Assembly: GCA_965228475.1 (NCBI GenBank)
Contig: OZ245817.1
Coordinates: 2,784,001-2,848,000 of the forward strand
DNA: 64,000 nt
DNA from: Myxococcota bacterium
GTDB taxonomy: Bacteria > Myxococcota_A > UBA9160 > JAFDDA01
Direction: 5' to 3'
Shown here: piece after piece, positions 21,008 to 30,308 of the stretch
Position numbering within the stretch: the first letter of the stretch is position 1
Layout: every line of letters starts with the position of its first letter
The notes under the pieces: generated by a model
Told to the model about the DNA's origin: nothing
What the model saw: only the letters and a program-made list of their open reading frames with translations
The model's database searches: none
Position numbers and translations under genes: made by a program

Positions 21008-21568
21008 ATGGAACGCCTCGCGACCCTCTTGGCGGCGCTGCTCGCCGCAGGCACCCTCGGCGCCTGCGCGACCGGCGGCGGCCCCGCCCCGCTCGAACCC
21101 CTCAACCGCCGGATCGATCTCGAGCGGTTCATGGGAGACTGGTACGTGATCGGGTTCATCCCGATCGAGCTCCCGTTCTTCAGCGAGGCCGGCGCCCACA
21201 ACGGCGTCGAGTCCTACCGCCTCACCGAAGAGGGCGTCATCGAGACGACCTACACCTTCCGGGACGGGGCCTTCGACGGGCCGGAGAAGCGCTTCACGCC
21301 CAGGGGCTGGGTCTACGACGAGGCCACCAACACCGAGTGGCGCATGCAGTTCGTCTGGCCGCTCAAGGCCGCCTACCTCATCGCCTGGGTCGACGAGGAT
21401 TACGAGGAAACCCTCGTCGGCGTCCCGGACCGCGGAAACCTCTGGATCATGACCCGGCGCTGGGACGTGAGCGACGCATCCTACGAGCGGCTCCTCGGCC
21501 GTGCGGCCCGGCTCGGCTACGACGTCGAGACGGTCCGACGCGTGCCGCAGCGCTGGCCCGCGCCCTAG
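21008..21568 (+). CDS. Bacterial lipocalin-family lipoprotein (Blc-like)
   Basis: Lipobox LGAC; DLERFMGDWYVI, QFVWP, LWIMTR. Confidence 0.88.
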   Translation: MERLATLLAALLAAGTLGACATGGGPAPLEPLNRRIDLERFMGDWYVIGFIPIELPFFSEAGAHNGVESYRLTEEGVIETTYTFRDGAFDGPEKRFTPRGWVYDEATNTEWRMQFVWPLKAAYLIAWVDEDYEETLVGVPDRGNLWIMTRRWDVSDASYERLLGRAARLGYDVETVRRVPQRWPAP

Positions 21569-21581
21569 GGGGCGCCGTGGG

Positions 21582-22658
21582 TCAGCGTGAAGAGACGACG
21601 ATCTCGTCCGAGTTCGCGGGCAGCGAGATCATCGTGCCGTCGACGCCGAGCGTGACGCCTCCCGAGTAGGCCTCGGAGACGCCCTCCAGGAAGATCACGT
21701 CGAGCCCGGGCGCGGGCAGCGGCGGGACGACGTGGGTGTAGAGCAGGTGCCGGGCACCGGCCTCGCGAGCGGTCTCGGCCGCCTCGACGGGCGTCGCGTG
21801 ATAGTCCGGAATGTCCGAGAGGATCTTGCGGATGTTCTCGACCTGCTTGCGCTCGGCAACCTTCTCGAAGAGACCGACCAGCCGCGCCGAGAGCGCCTCG
21901 TGTACGAGCAGGTCCGCCCCCCTCGCGTTGATCACCACCGCCTCGGACTTCTTCGTATCCCCGGAGAACACGGCGCTGCGGCCGCCGTACTCGAACCGAT
22001 ACCCGACGGCCGGCGCCACGGGCTCATGCTCGACGCTGAAGGCCGTCACGCGCAGACCCCCCTCTTCGAACACGACCACGGCTCCGCCGCCGGGCGCCAC
22101 ATCGAAGCGCCGCGCCGCCAACCCGGCGCCGCTCGGCGGCACCGTCTCCTCTCCGTGGTGCGCGATCCGATACCGGACGTCGAGCGCGTAGGCCGCATTG
22201 AACCCGTCGACGACCCGCTCGACACCGGCCGGCCCGTGGACCGGAAGCGGCGCTTCATGGGCGTTCCCCGCCCAGCGGAGCGTCGCGAGCTCTCCGAGGC
22301 CGTCGATGTGGTCCGAGTGGAAGTGGGTCAGGAAGATCGCCGAGAGAAACCCCGGCGGGAGCTGCATCTCCCCGATGTGGCGCGCCGAGTCGCCCCCGGC
22401 GTCGACGAGGAAGAGCGATTCCCCCGCGACGACCGCCGCGCACGGTGCCGAGCGGGTGCCGCTCGGGTCCGGCAGCGGCCCGCCGGCCCCGCAGAGAATC
22501 ACGTGCAGGCCATCCTCGAAGTCGAGCAGCGGGTTCTCGCCGAGGTTCTGCTCCATGGCAGTCTCCGCGACCCGGAGCGCGATCGGGCCGCGGAACGTGT
22601 ACGCGAAGGCCATGACGGCCAGTCCGCCGGCCGCGAGGATCATGAAGAATCGCCGCAT
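21582..22658 (-). CDS. MBL-fold metallo-hydrolase (RNase Z / arylsulfatase-like) with N-terminal membrane anchor
   Basis: LVDAG, THFHSDHIDG, VEHEP, FSGDT, LLVHEA, YHATP, YTH. Confidence 0.9.
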   Translation of the reverse strand: MRRFFMILAAGGLAVMAFAYTFRGPIALRVAETAMEQNLGENPLLDFEDGLHVILCGAGGPLPDPSGTRSAPCAAVVAGESLFLVDAGGDSARHIGEMQLPPGFLSAIFLTHFHSDHIDGLGELATLRWAGNAHEAPLPVHGPAGVERVVDGFNAAYALDVRYRIAHHGEETVPPSGAGLAARRFDVAPGGGAVVVFEEGGLRVTAFSVEHEPVAPAVGYRFEYGGRSAVFSGDTKKSEAVVINARGADLLVHEALSARLVGLFEKVAERKQVENIRKILSDIPDYHATPVEAAETAREAGARHLLYTHVVPPLPAPGLDVIFLEGVSEAYSGGVTLGVDGTMISLPANSDEIVVSSR

Positions 22659-22665
22659 TCGCCCG

Positions 22666-23283
22666 CTAGGTCGGGTTGCCGTCGTTGCCGAGGGCCTCGT
22701 GCACCTTGCCGACCATCTTGGCCGAAGGCTTGAGCGTGAGGTCGCCTTCTTCGTTCCAACCCGGCGGGATGCCCTCGTCCTTCTTGGCCACGTAGAGAGC
22801 GGCCTTGAACTTCCGCATGAGTTCGTCGACGTTGCGGCCGACGTTCAGGAAGTTCACCTCGGAGAAGAGCAGCGTGCCGTCCGGGCTGATGACGTAGGTG
22901 CCGCGCAGCGCGAGGCCCGCGTCTTCCAGATAGATGCCGAACTGCCGGGCGAGATCACCCGTCTTGTCGGACGCCATCGTGAAGCGAACGTTCTGGAGCT
23001 CCTTCTCGACGGTATGCCAGGCCAGGTGGGTGAAGTGCGTGTCGCAGCTGACCGAGACCAGCCGCGCGCCCATCTTCTCGAACCGATCTTGCAGCCCTGC
23101 CAGGGCCGCGAACTCGGTCGCTCAGACGAAGGTGAAGTCGGCGGGATAGAAGAACAGGATCGTCCACTTCCCGCTCGACTTCAGGTCCGCCAGGCTGAGT
23201 TCGCCGAAGTCGCCGGACTTCGGTTCGTACGTCGTGAGTGTGAAGTCGGGAACCTTGGACCCGACCTGGATCGTCTCGGTCAA
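22666..23283 (-). CDS. prxU: Selenocysteine-containing peroxiredoxin (AhpC/PrxU type), U54 at the peroxidatic position
   Basis: TTG start with GGAG RBS; KWTILFFYPADFTFV*ATEFAAL with in-frame TGA at 23122-23124 where AhpC has FTFVCPTE; continues into the listed 135-aa ORF (ALRGTYVISPDG, VGRNVDEL). Confidence 0.92.
23082..23121 (-). promoter_or_regulatory. Putative bacterial SECIS element
   Basis: UGA-GCG-ACCGA-guuc-GCGGCCCU-ggc-AGGGCUGC-aaga-UCGGU: 8-bp upper stem (one G-U), 5-bp lower stem, loop starts with G 20 nt after UGA. Confidence 0.78.
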
Positions 23284-23388
23284 AGCGGATCTCCCCGGGT
23301 GGATGGTGTGACGAGAAGTGTGCCGGATGGCCGCCGCGCCGCCAACCCGGCGGACGGGGCTATCCTTCGGCCCTCGGAAGGAGGACGC

Positions 23389-24015
23389 ATGACAAACTCG
23401 AAACGCCCGGGCCGGTGGTTGCGGCGGCTCGCGGTGGGCCTCGCCCTGCTCACGCTCGGCGCCGTCGGCGGTTCGCTCCTCCTCTCCCGCGCAGACGGCC
23501 CGCTCTGGGTCTTCGCGGGCGGCCCGCTGCGCTCGGGCGAACTCGTCGAGCTCTCGGAGCTCGACTGGGAACGCCTCGACGCGGCCAGCGAGTTCGAGCT
23601 CGAGATCGTCGGGCTCGAGAGCTCGCGAACGCTCTGGTTCAGCGTCCACGAGGGCGCCGTCTACGTCGCCTGCGACCTCGACTGCATCGACGGGCGTCTC
23701 ACGCGCTGGCCCCAGGCCATCGAACGCGACGGCCGGGTCGTCGTCCGGATCGCCGGGAAGCGGGCCGCGGGGCGCCTCGTCCACGTGCCCCACGGAACCC
23801 CCGAGTACGCTGCCGCGCGCGCGGTGCGCGAGCGAAAGTATGCCGGGGACGACGGAGCGCGAGCCGCTGCGGAGTCCGCGGCCCATGGCGCCGTGGTGGG
23901 CGTGGGCGAGAGCCTCACCGGACGAGACCAACGCGAGGAGCCGGGCGACCGGCTCTACCGCCTCGCTCCGCGCCCCGCCGAGGCTTCGGCCCGGTCGGCG
24001 ACTTCCTCCGGCTGA
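23389..24015 (+). CDS. Membrane-anchored hypothetical protein, possible split-barrel (DUF2255-like) domain
   Basis: ATG with GGAGG RBS, N-terminal TM helix, DGP..FAGGPL, SRTLWF, VVVRIAGK. Confidence 0.6.
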   Translation: MTNSKRPGRWLRRLAVGLALLTLGAVGGSLLLSRADGPLWVFAGGPLRSGELVELSELDWERLDAASEFELEIVGLESSRTLWFSVHEGAVYVACDLDCIDGRLTRWPQAIERDGRVVVRIAGKRAAGRLVHVPHGTPEYAAARAVRERKYAGDDGARAAAESAAHGAVVGVGESLTGRDQREEPGDRLYRLAPRPAEASARSATSSG

Positions 24016-24824
24016 CACCCCGGGCAGAAGAAGAGCTTCCGCTGACCGAGGTTCTCGCGGCGGATGGCACCGCCACAGGTCCAGCAGGCCTGGTTGCCTC
24101 GCGTGAAGACGTGGTGGCGGTACTGGCTGCGCCGGAGACCCTGCTCCTTCAGGCGTCGCGCCCGCCGCTCGTCGTTGGTGATGCCACCGGTCCGGTAGGC
24201 GCGCTCGCCGAGAGTGAGGACCGCCTTCGTGAGCCGCCGCCACTCCGTCGCCGTGAGGGAGCCCGCCCGCCGCAGCGGATGCAGCTTCGCTTCGAACAGG
24301 ATCTCCGACCGCAGGTAGTTGCCGACCCCCGCCACGAAGGCCTGATCGAGCAGCAACGCGTGAAGCGGCCGGCCGGCGAACTTCGCGGATTTCATGTGGG
24401 CGCGCAGGCGCGGCTCGTCGAGGTCCCGGGCGAGCAGATCGGGGCCCAGCTTCGAGAGGAAGGGATGCGCCGCGAGCGACGCCGCCGGGAGGACCTCGAT
24501 CTGCGAAGCGCTGTAGAGGAGCGCCGAGTAGGCGTCGTTGTGGACGGCAAAGCGCAACACGCGCCCCGTCCTCGGGAAGGTCCCGGCGCGCTGGACGTAC
24601 CAGCGGCCGTAGAGCTGGTTGTGCGAGAAGACCGTGAGCCCGCCCTCGAAATGCGTGAGCATGGCCTTGCCGCGGGTCTCGACCTCGGTGACCCGGCGCC
24701 CGCTGAGCCGCGGGCCGTAGCCCGCGATCTCGGGCAGGCGAAGCTCGACCTTCGTCGCGGTGCGACCCGCGATGGCGCGCTCCACCTGGTCGGCCGCGCG
24801 GCGGATTTCCGGCCCCTCGGGCAT
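23955..24824 (-). CDS. nei: Endonuclease VIII (Fpg/Nei family DNA glycosylase)
   Basis: MPEGPE N-terminus, RGKAML, HNQLYGRW, LLDQAFVAGVGNYLRSEILF, zinc finger CWTC...CPGCQ. Confidence 0.93.
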   Translation of the reverse strand: MPEGPEIRRAADQVERAIAGRTATKVELRLPEIAGYGPRLSGRRVTEVETRGKAMLTHFEGGLTVFSHNQLYGRWYVQRAGTFPRTGRVLRFAVHNDAYSALLYSASQIEVLPAASLAAHPFLSKLGPDLLARDLDEPRLRAHMKSAKFAGRPLHALLLDQAFVAGVGNYLRSEILFEAKLHPLRRAGSLTATEWRRLTKAVLTLGERAYRTGGITNDERRARRLKEQGLRRSQYRHHVFTRGNQACWTCGGAIRRENLGQRKLFFCPGCQPEEVADRAEASAGRGARR

Positions 24825-24934
24825 CCCTCTCGACGTCCTCCCTGCTCGGAGTGAAGCTCGTCCGGGGCCGCTGTCCAGCCGCCGCACCGCGCGGTGGGGT
24901 ACGTTGTGGCGTCCGCCCGAGGAGGTGTCCGCCC

Positions 24935-25336
24935 GTGAGAGCCCTGAAGATCGCCGTCGGCGTCGCACTCGCGTACGTCGGAATCGTCGTCGCCTTCGAA
25001 TCGTTGCTCGGGGTGATCCAGCCGGCCAACGAGTCGACCCTCGTCATCACCACCTTCGACGCGGCCGGGACCGCACACGACCGCGTCGTCTCCCGGCTCG
25101 AGAGCAACGGTAATCTGTATGTGGCCGCGAACCACTGGCCCCGCGCCTGGTTCGAGCGGGCGCTCGAGTACCCCGAGGTGCGTGCGACGATCGACGGTGA
25201 ACCGGCCGACTACCGCGCCGTGCCGCCCGGCGCCGCCGAAGCCGAGCGCGTCGACCGCGAGCACGCCCTCCCGCTGCCGTTCCGCATCCTCACGGGCTTC
25301 CCGCCGCGGCTCTTCCTGCGCCTCGACCCGCGCTAG
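24935..25336 (+). CDS. Membrane-anchored split-barrel protein (nitroreductase/deazaflavin-dependent-like)
   Basis: GTG with GAGGAGG RBS, TM helix, LVITT, WPRAWF...PEV, LRLDPR. Confidence 0.55.
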   Translation: MRALKIAVGVALAYVGIVVAFESLLGVIQPANESTLVITTFDAAGTAHDRVVSRLESNGNLYVAANHWPRAWFERALEYPEVRATIDGEPADYRAVPPGAAEAERVDREHALPLPFRILTGFPPRLFLRLDPR

Positions 25337-25480
25337 CCCTCCGATCTCGATCGGGTCGGCAACGCACTCGAACGATGAGGGCCAAGCCGCTGCCCTGAAA
25401 GGCTTTTCCCGCGAGGCACGAGGCTCGGCGCTCCTGCGCTACGCCTCAAGCCGCCCCCGCCGCAGGGCGATCCATCCCGG

Positions 25481-26764
25481 ATGAGCTTCCTCCTGCTGGA
25501 GCTGCGAAGCGCCGCCGATCCGGGCGATGTGCTCGGCGACCTCGCCTGGGTGGCCGCGCTCGTCCTCGTCTCGGGGCTCGTCGCGACCGCCGCATCCTGG
25601 GCCTTCTTCGCCGGATTCGCGCCGCGCTGCGCGCGCCGCGCGATCGCGGCCGGGACGCCCGGCCACGCGCTGCACGCCTATTCCATGGCAGGCGGTGTCG
25701 TCTTCGGCGTGGCGGGCATGCTGATCTTCGGCCTCGCCTTCCAAGCGACGGACCCTTCCGAACCGTCTCTTCGCACGCTCGCGTTCCTCGGAGGCTGGCT
25801 CACGGTCTGGTCCGTCTACCGGGGCTACTCCGCCGGCCTGCGGCGCATCCTCCGAACGACCCACGGCCCGGACTGGGACCACCCGGGCCAGTTCCAACTT
25901 GCCGCGCTGATGATGGGGCCACTGCTCGGCGGGCCGATCGGCGCCGCGCTGCTGGCCCTCCCCTTCCACGCCTGGGCCGACGCCTCCGGAACGCCCTTCC
26001 CGGGATGGATCGCCGCCGGTTTCATCTACCCCGGACTCGTGCTCTCGGGCTTCTACTTCCGCACCGTGGCGGGCCGCATGCTCTCCGAACCGAAACCCCT
26101 GCCGGACGAGATCGCGGAGCGGCTCGAGGCGGCGATCGGCTGCGCGCCCACCCAGCAAACGGCGGTCTTCGGAACGGGCGGCGGCGCCTTCTACAACGCC
26201 CTGGCCCTCCAGGGCATTCCCGGTGCGCAGATGTGGATCAGCGAACCGCTGGTCGATCTCCTCACCCCCGAGGAGGCGGCCGCCGTTCTCGTGCACGAAT
26301 GGGATCACGTCGAGCAGCGCGACGATCGCCGCCGCATCTGGACCACGATGGCGCTCCACGGGGTCTTCCTTGCGGCCGTTTCCGTCCCGTGGACGGTGGA
26401 CCTCTACACCTCCTCGGCGGCCTTCGTTCTCGCGTTCCTGCTCGCATCGACGTTCTTCGGCCAGCGCATCGAGCTGCGCGCCGACGCGCGTGCGAAGGCG
26501 GCGGGCCTCGGGGAGGCCATGGGCAGCGCACTGGTCAAGCTGTATCGCGTGAACCAGATCCCGCGGAGCACGAGCGCCGACTCCCTCGCGACCCACCCCA
26601 TGCTCGCGGCGCGCCTCGAAGCCCTGGGGCTCGAGGTTCCCGAGGCGGCCCCGGAGGAAGCCCCCGTCCCGGCCGGGCCCTCGATGAAGAAGGTCTTCCT
26701 GTGGACGTTCGCGCTGGCCTTCGTCCTGGCGCTCTCGAACGTCGTCCTCAGCCGCCTCGTCTAG
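25481..26764 (+). CDS. M48 family membrane zinc metalloprotease
   Basis: Multiple TM helices, YNA, VLVHEWDH (HExxH), ELRAD, SALVKL, THP..RL. Confidence 0.85.
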   Translation: MSFLLLELRSAADPGDVLGDLAWVAALVLVSGLVATAASWAFFAGFAPRCARRAIAAGTPGHALHAYSMAGGVVFGVAGMLIFGLAFQATDPSEPSLRTLAFLGGWLTVWSVYRGYSAGLRRILRTTHGPDWDHPGQFQLAALMMGPLLGGPIGAALLALPFHAWADASGTPFPGWIAAGFIYPGLVLSGFYFRTVAGRMLSEPKPLPDEIAERLEAAIGCAPTQQTAVFGTGGGAFYNALALQGIPGAQMWISEPLVDLLTPEEAAAVLVHEWDHVEQRDDRRRIWTTMALHGVFLAAVSVPWTVDLYTSSAAFVLAFLLASTFFGQRIELRADARAKAAGLGEAMGSALVKLYRVNQIPRSTSADSLATHPMLAARLEALGLEVPEAAPEEAPVPAGPSMKKVFLWTFALAFVLALSNVVLSRLV

Positions 26765-26790
26765 CGCCCTCAGCCGCGCGGAGAGCGCGG

Positions 26791-27240
26791 CTACGGCGTG
26801 GGGACGACCCGCTCGAAACGCCGCGTCCAGCCCGGGCGGTCCGGGCCGCGCGGGCTCTTCGCCCAGAGCGTCCCGCGGTTGCCGGACTCGAACCAGAGCA
26901 TCGCTTCGTGGTGGTGGCCCGTACGCGGGTCGTAGACCGTGCCGCCGACCCAGCGCCGTCGGCTGTACTGGAAGCCCGAGAGGACCTCGAGGCCGACCAC
27001 CGGCCGGTCCCGCAGCGCCGGGTCCGGGTGGATCGCGTCGCGCCGCTCGGGCTCGACGGCCGAGACCACCCGGCCGTAGAAGAGGCCCTCCCGTTCGACG
27101 ATCTCCATCTGGCCCACCCGCCCCGGGAGCCAGTACGTCCCGAGCAGGTCCGAGGCCTGGGGGCGGGCATCCACTGGAGCCGCCACCGCCACCGCCAGCG
27201 CGAGGAGGAGAGCCGCGCCCGCGCGGCCCAGAGCGTTCAA
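26791..27240 (-). CDS. DUF2147 domain secreted protein
   Basis: TTG overlapping the upstream TGA; LLGTYW, D..HPDPALRDRPVVGL, GGTVYDPRTG. Confidence 0.8.
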   Translation of the reverse strand: MNALGRAGAALLLALAVAVAAPVDARPQASDLLGTYWLPGRVGQMEIVEREGLFYGRVVSAVEPERRDAIHPDPALRDRPVVGLEVLSGFQYSRRRWVGGTVYDPRTGHHHEAMLWFESGNRGTLWAKSPRGPDRPGWTRRFERVVPTP

Positions 27241-28292
27241 CCGCGTTCCTTCCGCGCGCGGCGCAGCGCCGCGATCGCCCCCAGGGCCACGATCACCTCC
27301 GGCCCGCCGAGCCCGCACGCCTCGGTGTCGTCGAACACGCCCGAGCACTCGGGGTCCGCCAGGTCGACGGCGCCGTCGCCATCGTTGTCGAGGCCATCGC
27401 TGCAGCGCGGGTTCTCCGTCGCCGCCGCGGCGCTCGCGCAACCGTCGTCGGCGGGGAAGTCGACGAGGCCGTCCCCGTCGTTGTCGAGCGCGTCATCGCA
27501 CACGGGGTCCTCGATGCCGTTGGTGGTGGCACAGCCGGGGTCGCCGCCGAAGTCGACCCCGCCGTCGCCATCGTTGTCCAGTCCGTCGCTGCAGGCCGGC
27601 GGCGCCTGGAGCTTCGCCGCCAGGGCGAGGCCGAGCTTCGCGTGCCCCCCGGCGTTCGGGTGGACGTCGCACCCCTCCGCATCGGCGACCGGATCGAGCA
27701 GGTCGTAGACGTCGGGGCCGCAGATCAGCCCCGGCGTGGTGAGGCACGCCGTGAGCACCTCGGCGCGGTAGCCGGCCAGACGATCCCGGACCGCCTGGGG
27801 AGCCGACTCGCAACGAGCGGGTGGGGTCATCAGGACGACCTTCCCCGCGCCCGCCGCCTGCAGGGCGGTCACGATCGCCTGGAGGTGCGCCGCGTAGGTC
27901 GGCACGGGAATGGGCGTGCCCACCGGAGTCGGCTCGTAGAAGCCGGTGGCATCGTTGGTTCCCAGCATGATCGTCACGTAGTCCGCCGGCAGATGCGGGA
28001 GGACCTCGGCGCCGAGCGCTGCGCAGAACGGAAAGGCAGGGGTTCCCGGATCCCAGTCGTTGCTGGTCGAGCCGCCGCAACCCTCGTTGATCACCTGCCA
28101 ACCCGCGCCCAGCGCCGTGGCGAGAACGTCCGCGTAGGGCGTCCCTCCCCCGCTGACCGCGCCCGCGGTGATCGAGTCCCCGACCAGCACGACCCGCGTC
28201 TGGGCGGCGGCGGGTTCGGAACCGCCGAACACGAGTGCGGGGGCGAGTGCGAGTACGAGGGCCAGCGGAAAGGTCGGCGGACGGTGTGCCAT
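27237..28292 (-). CDS. Secreted SGNH/GDSL hydrolase with three Cys/Asp-rich repeats and a C-terminal CGLGG sorting-like tail
   Basis: Signal peptide; LVGDSITAG, NEGCGG, MLGTND, DVHPNAGGH; tail ACGLGGPEVIVALGAIAALRRARKERG. Confidence 0.88.
   Translation of the reverse strand: MAHRPPTFPLALVLALAPALVFGGSEPAAAQTRVVLVGDSITAGAVSGGGTPYADVLATALGAGWQVINEGCGGSTSNDWDPGTPAFPFCAALGAEVLPHLPADYVTIMLGTNDATGFYEPTPVGTPIPVPTYAAHLQAIVTALQAAGAGKVVLMTPPARCESAPQAVRDRLAGYRAEVLTACLTTPGLICGPDVYDLLDPVADAEGCDVHPNAGGHAKLGLALAAKLQAPPACSDGLDNDGDGGVDFGGDPGCATTNGIEDPVCDDALDNDGDGLVDFPADDGCASAAAATENPRCSDGLDNDGDGAVDLADPECSGVFDDTEACGLGGPEVIVALGAIAALRRARKERG
27345..27593 (-). repeat. Three tandem C-x-D-[GA]-L-DND-G-DG-x-VD...C repeats (putative Ca/metal-binding)
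   Basis: CSDGLDNDGDGGVDFGGDPGC, CDDALDNDGDGLVDFPADDGC, CSDGLDNDGDGAVDLADPEC. Confidence 0.85.
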
Positions 28293-28428
28293 GGCTTCCT
28301 CCTGAGGGGCTCATCATCGACTGCCGCGGCCCAGCTGACAAGCGGCATCCCCTGCCCCCGCCGCGACGTGGCACCCGCGGAGCCCAGCCCCTAGCCTCGG
28401 CGGTCGACCGAAGACCCGGAGAACGGCC

Positions 28429-29637
28429 ATGACGAACATCCTCGGCGGCTACCAGTCGGACTTCGCCGTGAGCCTGGCCCGCGAGGGCCGCGACCTCTCG
28501 GACCTCGTGCGCGAGGTCGTCACGGAGACGCTGGCCTCCGCGCGGATCGATCCGGAGCAGGTAGAGAGCGTCCACGTTGGGAACGCGTTCGGACAGCTCT
28601 ACACCGGCCAGGGACATCTCGGGGCCATGCCGGCGACGGTCGTCCCGGAGCTCTGGGGCACGCCCGCCATGCGCCACGAAGCGGCCTGCGCCTCGGGCTC
28701 GATCGCGACGCTCGCGGCGATGGCCGAGATCGAGGCCGGCCGCTACGACGTCGTGCTCGTCCTCGGTGCCGAGCAGGAGAAGACGATGCCAGGGCTCGAG
28801 GCCGCGCAGGTCCAGGCGGCGGCGGCCTGGGTCGGCCACGAGACCGACGGGCCCGACGCGATCTGGCCCGCCATGTTCGACCGGGTCGCCGAGGAGTACG
28901 ACCGCCGCTACGGCCTCGACGAGAAGCACCTGCGCGCGATCGGCGAACTGAACCTCTCGAACGCGCGCGCCAACCCGAAGGCCCAAACCCGCGCGTGGAA
29001 GCTCTCGGCCGAGAGCTTCGCCGCGGACAACGCGGCGAACCCGGTCGTCGCCGGGCGGCTCCGCCGCAACGACTGTTGCCAGATCACCGACGGCGGCGCG
29101 GGGGTCGTGCTCGTCTCGGACCGCTGGCTCGCGGAGCACGGCCGCGAGGCGGAGGGCGCGCGCATCGCCGGCTGGGGCCATCAGACGGTCGGTCTGCCCC
29201 TCGCGCCGAAGCTCGCGCGCAGCCGCGCGGAGGAGTTCGTGATGCCCCACGTCCGGCGCACGATCACCGATGCCTGGCAGCGCGCGGGCGTCGAAGGCGC
29301 GGGGGCCATCGACGCCATCGAGACGCACGATTGCATGACGCCCTCGGAGTACATGGCGATCGACCACTTCGGCCTGACGCCGCCCGGCGAGAGCTGGCGC
29401 GCCATCGAGAGCGGAGACCTCGCCCGCGAAGGGCGGAGCCCCGTGAACGCGAGCGGCGGGCTCATGGGCGGCGGCCACCCGGTGGGGGCGACGGGCGTCC
29501 GCATGCTCGTCGACGCGGCGAACCAGGTGCGCGGAGCCGCCGGGGAGACCCAGGTGGAGGGGGCCCGGCGGGCCCAGACCCTGAACATCGGCGGGAGCAC
29601 GGCGACGACCGTGAGCTTCGTCGTCGAGGGGCGATAG
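28429..29637 (+). CDS. Acetyl-CoA acetyltransferase (non-canonical / SCP2-like thiolase)
   Basis: EAACASG, ITDGGA, ETHDC, NASGGL.GGGHPVGATG, LNIGGS. Confidence 0.9.
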   Translation: MTNILGGYQSDFAVSLAREGRDLSDLVREVVTETLASARIDPEQVESVHVGNAFGQLYTGQGHLGAMPATVVPELWGTPAMRHEAACASGSIATLAAMAEIEAGRYDVVLVLGAEQEKTMPGLEAAQVQAAAAWVGHETDGPDAIWPAMFDRVAEEYDRRYGLDEKHLRAIGELNLSNARANPKAQTRAWKLSAESFAADNAANPVVAGRLRRNDCCQITDGGAGVVLVSDRWLAEHGREAEGARIAGWGHQTVGLPLAPKLARSRAEEFVMPHVRRTITDAWQRAGVEGAGAIDAIETHDCMTPSEYMAIDHFGLTPPGESWRAIESGDLAREGRSPVNASGGLMGGGHPVGATGVRMLVDAANQVRGAAGETQVEGARRAQTLNIGGSTATTVSFVVEGR

Positions 29638-29753
29638 CCGCAGGGCGCACCCGGAATTCCCGCCCGCCGCGGCCGGGACTCCTTGTCACAGCGCGAATTC
29701 CATAGGTACATCGCGCCTCAGCGAGCGGCGCCGGTCCGGGCTCGGGCGGGCGC

Positions 29754-30140
29754 TCAGTTCTCGCGATCGGCGAGCACCGCGAGAATGGCGGGCATGAGAT
29801 CGGCGCGGCTGATCACCCCCACCAGCTTCCCGCGCTCCGAGATCAGGATCCGCCGGAAGTCGTGGGACATGAGGCAATCGAAGACCTCCACCAGCTCCGC
29901 CCCGACGTCGATCGTGATCGGATCCCGCGTCATGATCGAAGCGACGCTCGGCGCCTCGGGCTCGGAGAACAGCTTCAGGACGTCCTTTTCACTCAAGACA
30001 CCGAGTATGGTGGCTTTCTCGTCCGTCACGGGCAGCCCACTGAGCTCGTGCTCGATCAGCAGCTGCAGCGCGTGCTTGACCGGTTGATCCGGGCGGACCG
30101 TGATGGGATCGGGCGTCATCAGTTCGCGGATCGTTGCCAT
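29754..30140 (-). CDS. CBS domain pair protein
   Basis: ATG 30140 with GGAGG RBS; MTPDPITV...SGLPV...GVLSEKD and MTRDPITI...GVISRAD. Confidence 0.9.
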   Translation of the reverse strand: MATIRELMTPDPITVRPDQPVKHALQLLIEHELSGLPVTDEKATILGVLSEKDVLKLFSEPEAPSVASIMTRDPITIDVGAELVEVFDCLMSHDFRRILISERGKLVGVISRADLMPAILAVLADREN

Positions 30141-30243
30141 GCGACCCTCCCGCGGAGACCTCCGCTCGGAGATCACGTTCGCACCACGGCCCCTCGCGCG
30201 CCAGTTCGTGCGCGCGAAGCCTCCGCCGTGATTGTGCAAAGCC

Positions 30244-30259
30244 CGGCACAGAAAATGCA
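30244..30259 (+). promoter_or_regulatory. Putative sigma-54 (-24/-12) promoter for the nos operon
   Basis: CGGCAC-agaaa-ATGCA, exact GG-N10-GC spacing, about 50 nt upstream of the nosZ ATG. Confidence 0.65.
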
Positions 30260-30308
30260 CACCGAAGAGTGTGGGTGGGCCATGCTGGCCCACGACGGGG
30301 AGGCGATC

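Noticed and set aside
22666..23283. Calling the peroxiredoxin and the 9443-10003 redoxin pseudogenes
   Set aside because: The single stop falls exactly on the catalytic residue, is followed by a SECIS-like hairpin, and there is no other sign of decay
23955..24015. Overlap between the 3' ends of nei and the convergent gene (similar overlaps at 12827-12849 and 48522-48550)
   Set aside because: Short tail-to-tail overlaps are common in GC-rich genomes where stops are rare; no evidence of function
25337..25480. Intergenic region as a possible ncRNA or riboswitch
   Set aside because: I could not identify any recognisable motif or convincing structure by eye; an Rfam scan would be needed
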